Under the pieces are notes generated by a model. The model ran no database searches. It saw nothing but the letters and a program-made list of their open reading frames with translations, and was not told where the DNA came from. Of a DNA stretch of 64,000 nt, positions 20,434 to 30,128 are shown piece by piece (positions within the stretch are counted from its first letter, which is position 1; each line of letters opens with the position of its first letter). Position numbers and translations under genes: made by a program. Source of the stretch: an uncultured Fibrobacterota bacterium (GTDB lineage Bacteria; Fibrobacterota; Chitinivibrionia; Chitinivibrionales; FEN-1185); the NCBI GenBank assembly GCA_963729895.1, contig CAVSQB010000005.1:352001-416000 (forward strand), written 5' to 3'.

Positions 20434-22257
20434 TCACTTTGCAATGGGCTGAGCAGATGGGGCATTCCTGGAAAACGCCGTGTCCACATAGATCCGTTCG
20501 ATGGTACTCAGCAATCCGCCGGTGACGCTCGGATTGATGTTCCGGAATTTGTTCGAAAGGCAGAAGATCTGTTCCGGCAGAACGGTGTAGATAAAGGGAA
20601 GCTCGTCCGCCGCGATGCGCTGCCACTCGTCGTACAGCTCCTTGCGTTTTGCTTCGTCGAGTTCCCTGCTGGCGCTGTCGAACAGGCTGTCGATCCTCGC
20701 CTCCCAGGGCGTTGCCGGCGTTTTCTGGCCCGGGTGCCACATGTGAAGATAGCCGGACGATTGCCACACGTTCTTCCCGAAATGCGGATCGATGTTGCCG
20801 CTCAGCGCAAGCAGGACCGCGTCCCAGGCGTAGGGCGGATTGTCGATCCGGTCGGTGAGCGCGCCGAATTCCAGGCGCTGGAAGTGCGCCTTGATGCCGA
20901 TGGCCGCCAGGTCCCTGCAGATGATCTCCGCAAGTCTGGTGCGCACCGTGTTGCCGCTGTTGGTGGACAACGTGAATTCCACGGGATGCCCGGCCGCGTC
21001 TTCAAGCACACCGTTGTTGTTCCTGTCTGTAAATCCGGCCTCAGCAAGCAACGACCGCGCCCGCGCCGTGTCGAAGCGATAGGCGGGAACGTCAGGGTTG
21101 TAGAAGTACCCTTCCGAAGGGCTCATGGGACCCCGTTGCGGGTAGCCGAGCCCGTTCATCACCGAATTGATCATGCTCTGCTTGTCGAGCGCCAGCGCCA
21201 CCGCCTTCCTGAAATTCTGGTTGGCAAACCACGACAGTTTCACGGAATCAACGTACGGCTTGCCGGTTACCGGATCGCGGCCGGTATTCTGGTTAAAGAA
21301 CACGAAGTAGCTTCCGGACGCCGGCCCGAGCCTGTACACCGTGTAGTGTCCGCGGGATTCGTCTTTGGCAAGTGCAGGAAAATCCTCTCCCTTTGCCTTC
21401 ATGTAGTCGATCTGGCCCTGTCTGAATCGCTGCAGCTCGGCATTCTGGTCCGCCACGATTGTGTACACGAGGCGCGACAGGTACGGCAGCCTCTTTCCGG
21501 CGGAGTCTTTCTGCCAGTAGAGGGGGTTGCGGCGCAAGACGGTCGTGTGCCCTGCAACAAACGACTCCAGTAGGAACGGTCCGGTCCCCACCATGGAGTC
21601 GGGTGGAGTATGGAGGCCGAGAGCGGCGGAGAACCGGCTGCCGTGCGCAAGCGGGGCGTACCGGTGCACGGGCAGTATCTCCTGCGCCATGGCGCGGAGA
21701 AACGGGGCATAGGGCACGGGCAGGTTGAACTGGATGGTCATGCTGTCAAGAACTTTGACAACGGGTCTTTTGCCGTTTACCGTAAACAGGTCCCGGGAGG
21801 AATTCGGGTTGATTGAATCGTTAAGCACAAGGCTGTCAAAGGTGAATGCCACGTCGCGCGCGGTAAATGCAACCGAATCCGACCATACGACGCCGGGCCG
21901 GATGGAAAAAATCCAGGTGAGCCCGTCGGGCGACACGTTCCACGACAGGGCCAGTCCCGGTTCCGGCTTGAGCGTAACGCCGTTGATTCGGACGAGCCCT
22001 TCGTACATGAGGCCCGTCAGTTCGCTGGTGGCGATGTCGGTTGATGTAATCGGATTGAAACACCTTGGGTCCTCGAAGGAAGCCTGGATCAATTGGCCGC
22101 CATAAGCGCCGATCCCGGGAACAAAGGCCTCAGCCTTTTTCTGGACTGCGGCGTAGTCGGCGGCGCCGGGCACGCCGGCCTGGTGCCGCAGTATCCCGCA
22201 GGCACACAGCAGTGCGACAAGCGAGGCGCACGCGATGCGCCCCAGGCCATACTTCAT
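20434..22257 (-). CDS. Family 5 ABC substrate-binding lipoprotein
   Basis: LCAC lipobox-like, PGLALSW, SPDGLTW, TARDVAFT, GTGPF. Confidence 0.9.
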   Translation of the reverse strand: MKYGLGRIACASLVALLCACGILRHQAGVPGAADYAAVQKKAEAFVPGIGAYGGQLIQASFEDPRCFNPITSTDIATSELTGLMYEGLVRINGVTLKPEPGLALSWNVSPDGLTWIFSIRPGVVWSDSVAFTARDVAFTFDSLVLNDSINPNSSRDLFTVNGKRPVVKVLDSMTIQFNLPVPYAPFLRAMAQEILPVHRYAPLAHGSRFSAALGLHTPPDSMVGTGPFLLESFVAGHTTVLRRNPLYWQKDSAGKRLPYLSRLVYTIVADQNAELQRFRQGQIDYMKAKGEDFPALAKDESRGHYTVYRLGPASGSYFVFFNQNTGRDPVTGKPYVDSVKLSWFANQNFRKAVALALDKQSMINSVMNGLGYPQRGPMSPSEGYFYNPDVPAYRFDTARARSLLAEAGFTDRNNNGVLEDAAGHPVEFTLSTNSGNTVRTRLAEIICRDLAAIGIKAHFQRLEFGALTDRIDNPPYAWDAVLLALSGNIDPHFGKNVWQSSGYLHMWHPGQKTPATPWEARIDSLFDSASRELDEAKRKELYDEWQRIAADELPFIYTVLPEQIFCLSNKFRNINPSVTGGLLSTIERIYVDTAFSRNAPSAQPIAK

Positions 22258-22374
22258 GGACCGCTCCTTGGGAAAAAGCAGGATCACAAAAATATATAGG
22301 AAAAGGGTTGCGAGCACTTTAAAACTGAGAGGCGAGATGCGGGTGATCAAATTGGAGAAAATGGGTCAAGGCTT

Positions 22375-22722
22375 GGGCGCCCCGCCGAGTACGGCGGCGG
22401 CCCTCCTTGCGGGCTCGGCTTATCAGCCTCGGTGCCGCACTGCCGCCATGGTCTTCGGCCGCGGTCAGGCGGCCCTGCACTCCAGCGCACCGCTCCAGTC
22501 CGGCCTGGCGCTTGGCAAAAGGCAATATCCACAATTGTCAAGATAGATCGAATTAAATGGTTGAGAAGTTTACAAGTAGTTCGGTTGAGAATTTTGAAAC
22601 CGGGTGCCACAACGGTGCGCGCAACTGAAGGTACGGGCTTGCAGCTGCACCCCCCACGCCGCACCGGCTCGGCAATCCAATATTATTATTTGATATCCCC
22701 GCACACGCGCAGCAATCCAAGA
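22375..22722 (-). repeat. Modular structured non-coding element, copy C
   Basis: Heads with minus-strand 5' ends at 22719 and 22679; module 1 at 22599-22679; module 2 at 22416-22491; unrelated AT-rich spacer between them. Confidence 0.88.
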
Positions 22723-22741
22723 TCATATTCACTTCACGAGA

Positions 22742-23563
22742 TCACCGTTCTTCGCTTTGCCACTGTCGCCTGAACTCGGGGCTTTCGGCAACTTCCGTTA
22801 TGGTTTCCGCTTCTTCTTTCGTCCATGAAGACCGGGTCGCGCCGAAGGTCAGCGTTTCGAGAAAACCTGCAATGAGGCATTCACGGAATTTTGTTTCATC
22901 AAAATTGCTGACAAGTTCCTGCACGCAAACGCATTTTTCCGCAAGGAGCCTCTTCTGCGCCTCGCGTCGCCCTCGGTCCAGTTGCAGGAAGTCGGGAAGG
23001 TTTCTAAAAGCCGGGGTAAGCGGAACGGAACCGTGCTGGAGCACGGAACGGGCGGTCCGTTTCTGGGCCGATCCGACGAGCTTTCTCCCCGAGGCCATGA
23101 TTTCGTGACGGTTGGGCGAAAGAAAACAGGGCAGCTTTGTCCGACTTCTTGACATGCGGGTGTCCGGCGGCGAATCGTCCGTGGAACAGCGGATCCCGGC
23201 GCACGCGAGCCCGGCCACGAGGCAGCGCGAAATCATCTCGTAAGTCTCCATAAGGGTTGCTCCCATGCCTGCAACGCCGCTCGAGAAAATGCAGGAATAG
23301 GTAATGTCGCCGTCGTGAAGTACCGACCTGCCGCCGGTGGGCCGCCGTATCCATTCGACCCCGCATCGCCCCAGTGCGGCGCGGTCGAGGGTCGTTTCCG
23401 CCTTTTCCATGGTGCCAAGGGTGATGGAGGGTCGTTTCCATGTGTACATCCTCACAAAAACTGCCCGAACGCTTTCGCATAAGGAAAGCAGGTGCAGGTC
23501 CGCGGCCATGTTGAACGCCGCGGAATGGGGCACGTCGTCGATTATCCTGGCCGTTATCGTCAT
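22742..23563 (-). CDS. Lipoate-protein ligase A family protein (LipM/LplA-like)
   Basis: NMAAD, RRPTGGRSVLH, KLVGSAQ, LQHGS. Confidence 0.88.
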   Translation of the reverse strand: MTITARIIDDVPHSAAFNMAADLHLLSLCESVRAVFVRMYTWKRPSITLGTMEKAETTLDRAALGRCGVEWIRRPTGGRSVLHDGDITYSCIFSSGVAGMGATLMETYEMISRCLVAGLACAGIRCSTDDSPPDTRMSRSRTKLPCFLSPNRHEIMASGRKLVGSAQKRTARSVLQHGSVPLTPAFRNLPDFLQLDRGRREAQKRLLAEKCVCVQELVSNFDETKFRECLIAGFLETLTFGATRSSWTKEEAETITEVAESPEFRRQWQSEER

Positions 23564-24085
23564 GCGGCAAAAATACTCGATGGAACGGGCTGTGCATCGT
23601 GGGTGCTTGGACGATGAGAAATATTTCGAGACGGGTTCGATTCAGCGGTTTCTCTTTTTGTTATTCGCTTAAGTGTTAATAGATTGTAGTTGCCGAACCA
23701 CAAGAGACCGTTGCTCCATTAACTCTTTGAAAACCTGATGAATAGCTAGCAGCGTTTTAAGGCGTTATCGAGAATAGGGGTGATTCGACCACACATCATG
23801 AAGGTTTATCTACCCGGATCACTCACAACCCGTTGAAAAACGGAAAAGGGGCGTTTGTGCACAGTCTTTGCTCGATATGATAATCGCCCGCCCGTTCAAG
23901 GGTGTTCTTTGTCCGAAGCCAAGTCCGATTATCAGGTTGTCCCATAGTTTATTTGTTTCAGTTGTGTGAAGAAACAATCGTCAAACGCTCTTTGTGAAAG
24001 GGGGATACGGGAACTGGAAGAGCGCGGGTAATTCCGAATGGTAATTGAACCGGGTCGGATAACTTTTAACAAAGGAGAAGTCGGT

Positions 24086-25762
24086 ATGATACGGAAAGTA
24101 AGTATTATTCTGTCAATTTTTGCACTGTGTGCTTTTACCGTAAACGCGGCGACGGTCACCGGCACGGTGACGGATACGAACGCCGCACCACTCGCGGGCG
24201 CCATTGTCACGGTCACCCCGCTAGGCGGCGGCGCGGCGCTGGCCGACACTACCGGCGCGACGGGCGAGTACACCATAACGGGTGTGACCGCAGGATTTCA
24301 TACTATTACCGCTGAAGCTGCCGGGTACACTGCCTCGGCTGCGGCGACTTTTGACGTACCGGCTGCGGGCAGCGTTGTCACGCGGCCGGCTATTGTCCTT
24401 GTACCGCTTCCCGCGGGCATTATCATTTCCGGTAGGGTAATAGACTCGGCGTCGGGCTTGCCCCTTGCCGGAGCAATCGTGGAATTGCGAACTACCGTCG
24501 GCGGCGGCGGCCTTGGCGTGCTGGTTGATTCGGTGAATGCTGCGGTGAATGGTACCTATGCCATTGACAGCGTTCAGCCCGGCACCTACAGACTTGTTGC
24601 CTCGGCAGCCGGCCATACTTCCTTGACCGTGAGGGTTGTCGTTGCTGCGGCGAACCTGCCCAATACCGACTTCCAGCTCGTTGGACTTCCCAAAGGCATT
24701 GTTATTTCCGGGACAGTCACCGATTCCGTATCAGGCAATCCCCTTGCGGGTGCAACCGTTACCTTGACCACCGGAGGCGCCGGCGGCGGCGCGGTAGTTG
24801 CCACTGCAACAACGACGGTGCAAGGCGGCTACACCATCGACAGCGTTCAGGTCGGAACCTATACGCTTGAAGCGACCGCTGCAGGACACGTGGCTAAGAC
24901 GATGAACGGCGTTGCGGTTGCGAACGCTAACCTTACCAGGGATTTCCAGCTTATCGGACTTCCTGCGGGCATCGTGATTTCCGGAACGGTCATCGATTCG
25001 GCTAAGGGCACCCCGCTTGCCGGAGCAGTTGTCCGGTTGACCACTGGCGGTGTCCGTGGCGCGCTTGTGGATTCCGCTATCGTGGCTGCAAACGGCCAAT
25101 ATAGAATCGACAGCGTTCAGCCAGGCACCTATTCGCTTACCGCAACCGACCCGGGCTACACTGCCCAGACGGATGCCGGAATCGTGGTTGCAGCTGCCAA
25201 TCTGACAAGGAACTTCGAGCTTGTAGCCCTTCCGGGCGTGAGCATTTCCGGAAGAGTGGCAGATTCGACATCGGGCCTGCCGCTTGCCGGAGCAATACTA
25301 CGTGCGGTACGGGCGGGCGTGGTGGTCGACACTGCGATTGTCGCGGCGAACGGCTCGTATACGCTTGCCGATGTTCCAGCCGGCACGTATACGCTCACTG
25401 CAAACGCCACCGGTTACGGGACCAAGTCGATTACCGGCGTGGTCGTGGCGAATGCCTCTCTCACCGGCGAGGATTTCCTGCTCGTCCAGGGCGGGACCGG
25501 AGTTGTGACGGCATCCGTGAACAATTCTACCAAGCCCGAATTCATCATGACTGCGGGCCGTATCCTGCAGCTTCGTAATTTCAATGATGAGGGCGTTGTC
25601 TCGGTTTACGGGCTGAGCGGCAAGCTTGTCTACCGCACGAACTTTGCGGCCCATACGGCCCTGGTGGCGCTGCCCAGCAGCATCAGCCGCACAAGCGGCA
25701 TGTTCCTGGTGAGCATTTCCCAGCGGAATGCCGTGTACCGCAAACAGATCCTGGTTCCGTAA
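24086..25762 (+). CDS. Secreted protein with five carboxypeptidase-regulatory-like (beta-sandwich) repeats and a sorting-domain-like tail
   Basis: AAGGAG RBS, signal peptide, repeated ISGxVxDSxSGxPLAGAxV...GxYxIDSVQPGTYxL units, tail SVYGLSGKLV...GMFLV. Confidence 0.85.
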   Translation: MIRKVSIILSIFALCAFTVNAATVTGTVTDTNAAPLAGAIVTVTPLGGGAALADTTGATGEYTITGVTAGFHTITAEAAGYTASAAATFDVPAAGSVVTRPAIVLVPLPAGIIISGRVIDSASGLPLAGAIVELRTTVGGGGLGVLVDSVNAAVNGTYAIDSVQPGTYRLVASAAGHTSLTVRVVVAAANLPNTDFQLVGLPKGIVISGTVTDSVSGNPLAGATVTLTTGGAGGGAVVATATTTVQGGYTIDSVQVGTYTLEATAAGHVAKTMNGVAVANANLTRDFQLIGLPAGIVISGTVIDSAKGTPLAGAVVRLTTGGVRGALVDSAIVAANGQYRIDSVQPGTYSLTATDPGYTAQTDAGIVVAAANLTRNFELVALPGVSISGRVADSTSGLPLAGAILRAVRAGVVVDTAIVAANGSYTLADVPAGTYTLTANATGYGTKSITGVVVANASLTGEDFLLVQGGTGVVTASVNNSTKPEFIMTAGRILQLRNFNDEGVVSVYGLSGKLVYRTNFAAHTALVALPSSISRTSGMFLVSISQRNAVYRKQILVP

Positions 25763-25834
25763 GTGAAGGTGATTGATGCGGCCGGAAATTTCCGGCTGCA
25801 TCAGAAACCAGATGTATTGAATGCTCGCATTAGC

Positions 25835-25870
25835 AAGAGGCCCTGCCTTCTTAGGCGGGGCTTCTTTTGT
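25835..25870 (+). terminator. Probable intrinsic terminator
   Basis: AGAGGCCCTGCCT-TCTT-AGGCGGGGCTTCT followed by TTT; a second hairpin lies at 25774-25803. Confidence 0.6.
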
Positions 25871-25943
25871 TACTGAGCGGTTTAGTAACGGTAACATTTT
25901 CCAGCCGGCAGCCCAGGTGTTCTTTGCTAAAAAGGGGAGAACT

Positions 25944-27959
25944 ATGTTGAGAAAGATAGGCCTTGCATCGTTGGTGACGCTTCTGACGGTTTTCGGGTCG
26001 CAGGCGCTCACCATTTCCGGCTCGGTGACGGACGCTGCAGGTAACACGTCGGTGGTCGGCGCCATTGTTACGTTCCAGACCATCGGCGGGAACGTGTATT
26101 CGGATACCACCGTTGCGCTGGGCTCCTATCAACTCCCCACCGTGAGGACAGGCGCCTCCGGCGTCCTGACGGTCACGGCCGCCGGTTTTTTGCGGGACCA
26201 GCAGTTGCTGGAAGACTTGCCTAACAAAGACACGACAATCAACATTGCGCTTACACCGGCCGGGGTTGGCGCAGGCGTAAAGAAGATTCTTGGGACTGTA
26301 ACGGAAGCAGGCGGTACAAATGCGGTGGCGGGCGCCCGGCTTATTCTCTTGCTGCACGCCGGGATCACGACGGCAACGCCCGTTGACACGGTGCTATCGG
26401 CACATGACGGCACATACCAATTCGATTCGCTCGCTTCGGGCGTGTACGATATCGTTGTCACCAAGCCCGGGTTCCTCGATAACGCCTCCGCCACCTTTTT
26501 AAACCTGAACAACGTCGATTCCCTCGTGGCGGGCATACAGCTCACACCGGTCGGCAACAGGGTAGGCACGCTCACCGGCAAGGTGACCGCGACCGACACC
26601 ACAGTGCCGCTTGCAAACGCCGAAGTGCTGCTCACGCGGACCACGGTCGTTGGCGGCGGAGTGACAACCACCGACATCGATTCGGTACAAACAAATGCAA
26701 GCGGCGTGTACGCCATTTCGGGGGTGCCTGCCGCCGCCGGGTACAGCCTCACCGTATCGGCTGCGGGATACGTTCCTGCCGCATCTCCGGCGACGTTCAG
26801 TGTTGACTCGGCGGTTTCGCGCACCGAGAACTTCAGGCTTGCCGCCGTGGTGGTGCCGGCAGGTATTGTAAACGGCGCGGTCACCGACAGCGCGTCGCTT
26901 GCGGCAATCCAGGGTGCACTGGTGGTTCTTCGCAGGCTGCAGGCCGGCGTCGCATGGGTACCTACGGATTCGACCGTCACCGCGGCAAACGGGTCGTTCG
27001 CATTTACCGGTCTCAACGCGGGCACCTATTCTCTTGTGGTAAGCAAAGCAGGCTACACCACGTACACCTCGCCCGGCAACAGGTCCATAAACCTGATAAC
27101 CAATCCCGACACGGGCACGGTTGCGGTCGCCCTGGCGGCTATCCCCAAAGGCAACCTGCGCGTATTTGTTGAGGACAGCGTCAACGATGCGGTTTCCGGC
27201 GCATCGGTTTCCATGATCCAAAGGACGGCGGGCGGCCAGACGCCCCAGACATATAATGGAATTACGGCCGCGAACGGCTGGGCGGTGTTTAGCGCCATCG
27301 TAGCCGGCGCCTACGACATCACCGTTTCGAAAGCAGGATTTAACACCGTGACGCGCGCAAACCAGGCCGTAACGGCGTACGGCAGCGACACAACGAGGGT
27401 GACGCTGCAGGCGGCCACCGGCGCCACCAAGACCGTTACGGGAACGGTGAAGACGGCGGCGGGAGCGGGCATCGGCGGCAGCGTCGTGGTGCTCACCGCC
27501 CGGGAGGGCGGCGGCACGACCCTGGCGCTGATTGACACATGCGCAGGCGACGGATCGTACCGCATCACGGGAATTCCTGCCGGGTATGCAACGGCCGCCC
27601 TTGCGGCGACGAAAACGGGGTTCCAGACCGGGGATTCCACCGGGATTTCCATTGCCGGCGATTCCACCACCGTTGACATTATCCTGGTTCCGGTGATGGG
27701 AGTCAGGACGGCGGTGCCCGGCGCGGCGGCCCGGCTGAGCGTCACCCTGTCGCGGAAAGGCGTGGTGCTTACCGGCGTGAGAGCGGGAGAACCGGTAAAG
27801 GTCACCCTCTACTCCGTCAATGGACAAGTGGTAACGAACCTGGCGGTTTCGAGCGGCGCTTCAACGCTGTTGGTCCCCAAAACATGGTCGGACCAGATCA
27901 TGTTTCTCAAAGTGGAACAGGGCGCCGCCGTCATCGGCCGGATGGTGCCCGTCCGGTAA
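25944..27959 (+). CDS. Secreted protein with about six carboxypeptidase-regulatory-like repeats and a sorting-domain-like tail
   Basis: Signal peptide, repeated GxVTD...GAxV...GxY..V(S/T)K(A/P)G(F/Y) units, tail TLYSVNGQVV...MFLKV. Confidence 0.82.
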   Translation: MLRKIGLASLVTLLTVFGSQALTISGSVTDAAGNTSVVGAIVTFQTIGGNVYSDTTVALGSYQLPTVRTGASGVLTVTAAGFLRDQQLLEDLPNKDTTINIALTPAGVGAGVKKILGTVTEAGGTNAVAGARLILLLHAGITTATPVDTVLSAHDGTYQFDSLASGVYDIVVTKPGFLDNASATFLNLNNVDSLVAGIQLTPVGNRVGTLTGKVTATDTTVPLANAEVLLTRTTVVGGGVTTTDIDSVQTNASGVYAISGVPAAAGYSLTVSAAGYVPAASPATFSVDSAVSRTENFRLAAVVVPAGIVNGAVTDSASLAAIQGALVVLRRLQAGVAWVPTDSTVTAANGSFAFTGLNAGTYSLVVSKAGYTTYTSPGNRSINLITNPDTGTVAVALAAIPKGNLRVFVEDSVNDAVSGASVSMIQRTAGGQTPQTYNGITAANGWAVFSAIVAGAYDITVSKAGFNTVTRANQAVTAYGSDTTRVTLQAATGATKTVTGTVKTAAGAGIGGSVVVLTAREGGGTTLALIDTCAGDGSYRITGIPAGYATAALAATKTGFQTGDSTGISIAGDSTTVDIILVPVMGVRTAVPGAAARLSVTLSRKGVVLTGVRAGEPVKVTLYSVNGQVVTNLAVSSGASTLLVPKTWSDQIMFLKVEQGAAVIGRMVPVR

Positions 27960-27982
27960 TCCGGGTTTTGGCGGCCGTGCGG

Positions 27983-29632
27983 TCAGGGGCAACCCTTCTT
28001 TTTCGCCTCCACCGCTTTTTTGATCCGGTTCACGTGGCCCCGGCCAAGCCCTTTTACCTCGCAGCCGAGTTCGAAATAACGCCGGATTTTTGCATCGTCG
28101 AGTATGGCAAAGCAGTCGATGATCGCCGCGGGCCTGCCGATTTTCTTTACCAGCGCGTCGGGATCGAGATCGAGGTATTGCTTGTGGCGGACGGCGAAAA
28201 TCACCGCGTCTGCGCCTTTGAGGGACGCATCAAGGTCCTGGGAAACGCGCAGCCGCGACAGCTTCTCTTGGCTGCGGAAGAAGCGCGCCCAGCTGTAGCC
28301 TTTTGACGGATACGTATCCTGCGCCTCGAATTCCCACCAGTGCGTCACATACGGATCGTGCACCCGGAGTTCGGCGCCCATTTCCGTAAGCTTGCGAACG
28401 ATGATTTCCGAGCCGCTGTAGCGCGTGTCGCCCACGTCCTCGCGGTAGGATGCGCCGAGCAGGAGCACCTCAGCGGCGGCAATGGACCTGTCGATATTGC
28501 GAAGCGCGTCGCGTGCAAGCTGGCCCACGCGCAGCGCGCGCGTGTCGTTGACGTTGATGGCCGTGGGAGTGATCTTGAAGATATTTTCCTCCCAGCCCAG
28601 AATATGCTTGTAGGCCCACATGCCGAGCCCGCCGTCTTTGGGCAGGCAGTAGCCGCCGATGCCCGGGCCTGGGAAAATCATGTTGGAATGCGTAGGCCGC
28701 ACTTTGATGGCATTGATCACCTTGAGAAGGTCGACCCCGTTCTGCTCCGCAAACTGGCTCCATTCGTCGAGAAACGCCAGGATGGTGGCGCGATAGCTGT
28801 TTTCCACGATTTTTGCGGTTTCGGATTCTATTGGTTTGTCAAGAACGGTGAGGGGAAAATCCTTGACGTTGATCACCTCGCTCAGAAACGTGACGACGCG
28901 GCGCCTGGATTCCTCGTTGACGCCGCTGCACACCCGCCAAAAATCGCGTATGCTGGCCACATAGTTCCTGCCGGGCATAACCCGCTCGTAACTGTGGGCA
29001 AGCACCGGTTCGCTCTCTATCCCCCGGTGCTCGAATACTTTTTTCATGATGGGATAGGCAACCTGCTCGGTTGTGCCGGGGGCTACCGTAGTCTCGATGA
29101 GCACCAGGGCGTCGGGACGGACGCGCTCGGCGATGGTGTGCATGGATTTTTCGAGGGCAGCCATGTCGGCGCGTCCGGTTGACAGGTCGCCCAGCGATTC
29201 CTTGAGGTAATCGCATTGGACGTCCACCACCACCACGTCGGCGAGCGAGAGGACGTCTTCGTTGTAGGTGGCAACCAGGGATTTCTTGTCGAGTACGCAG
29301 CGCCGTATTATCTGGTCCACCTCGGGATCTTCCGCCTTGACAGGAGACACGCCGCGGTTGAGCAACTGGGTCTTCCAGTAGCTCCTCGTGCTGGGCCGCT
29401 GCATGCCGATCACGAATTTCAACGGTTTGCCGGATGCGTCCCTGGTGTCGGCGACGATGGCGGCCATCACGGCGCCCACAAACCCGACGCCGACCACCAC
29501 CACGATTTCCCTGCCCATGCCGCGCTGCTCGTCGGCGCGTTGCTTGATTCTGGCGAATTCGGCCCCGTACGCTTCCTGCGCCGGAATCGGGAATTTTTCG
29601 CCGTCCGGGCTTATTGAGAATAGTTCCGCCAT
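27983..29632 (-). CDS. UDP-glucose/GDP-mannose dehydrogenase family protein
   Basis: GVGFVG, ETTVAPGTT, ETAKIVENSYR, GPGIGGYCLPKD. Confidence 0.9.
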   Translation of the reverse strand: MAELFSISPDGEKFPIPAQEAYGAEFARIKQRADEQRGMGREIVVVVGVGFVGAVMAAIVADTRDASGKPLKFVIGMQRPSTRSYWKTQLLNRGVSPVKAEDPEVDQIIRRCVLDKKSLVATYNEDVLSLADVVVVDVQCDYLKESLGDLSTGRADMAALEKSMHTIAERVRPDALVLIETTVAPGTTEQVAYPIMKKVFEHRGIESEPVLAHSYERVMPGRNYVASIRDFWRVCSGVNEESRRRVVTFLSEVINVKDFPLTVLDKPIESETAKIVENSYRATILAFLDEWSQFAEQNGVDLLKVINAIKVRPTHSNMIFPGPGIGGYCLPKDGGLGMWAYKHILGWEENIFKITPTAINVNDTRALRVGQLARDALRNIDRSIAAAEVLLLGASYREDVGDTRYSGSEIIVRKLTEMGAELRVHDPYVTHWWEFEAQDTYPSKGYSWARFFRSQEKLSRLRVSQDLDASLKGADAVIFAVRHKQYLDLDPDALVKKIGRPAAIIDCFAILDDAKIRRYFELGCEVKGLGRGHVNRIKKAVEAKKKGCP

Positions 29633-30128
29633 CGATTGTCCTTTCGTCAAGACGAGATGTGGGGAGATTCGTACACAAACAATAAAACAAACCACCAATA
29701 TACTATCGCTGCGGCTATTTCATCCACAGTTTCGGCACAGGTTACGCGTGTCCGGGAATTGAAGATCCTGCAGCAACCTGCGAGGAAAAGGCTACTACCA
29801 TACCTTTATGAATGAAATGACAATCTTCAATCCCTATGGAAGACGACATATCAATAATCACTCCCTAAGCCCGAAGCCGCTTCAGGGTTAGCGCTCGCTT
29901 AAGGGATTCATCCGGTCCATAAAATAATCAGCATGCAGCATGCCAGAAAGTTCGCTGCACGGCTCCCCGATGGAGATTCGGCAGAATACTTTAGATTCCG
30001 CAGATTCCGTCATTTCGCGCTTTCTTTAAGGGCTTACACAGTTTTATTTTATAGCTCCGCTTCTCTGCTGCCTGAGAAGATGATGAGAAGCAACGTGCGC
30101 TGGGTCATATATAATTGGAGAAAGGCGG

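Noticed and set aside
23690..24060. Possible c-di-GMP-I or c-di-AMP riboswitch upstream of the repeat surface proteins
   Set aside because: Only scattered fragments match (GTCAAAC..GAAA..GGGA, GGGGTGATTC); spacing and key 3' blocks do not fit. A cmsearch against those models would settle it
29865..29910. Imperfect hairpin TCCCTAAGC...GCTTAAGGGA in a divergent promoter region
   Set aside because: Single copy, no U-tract and no assignable function
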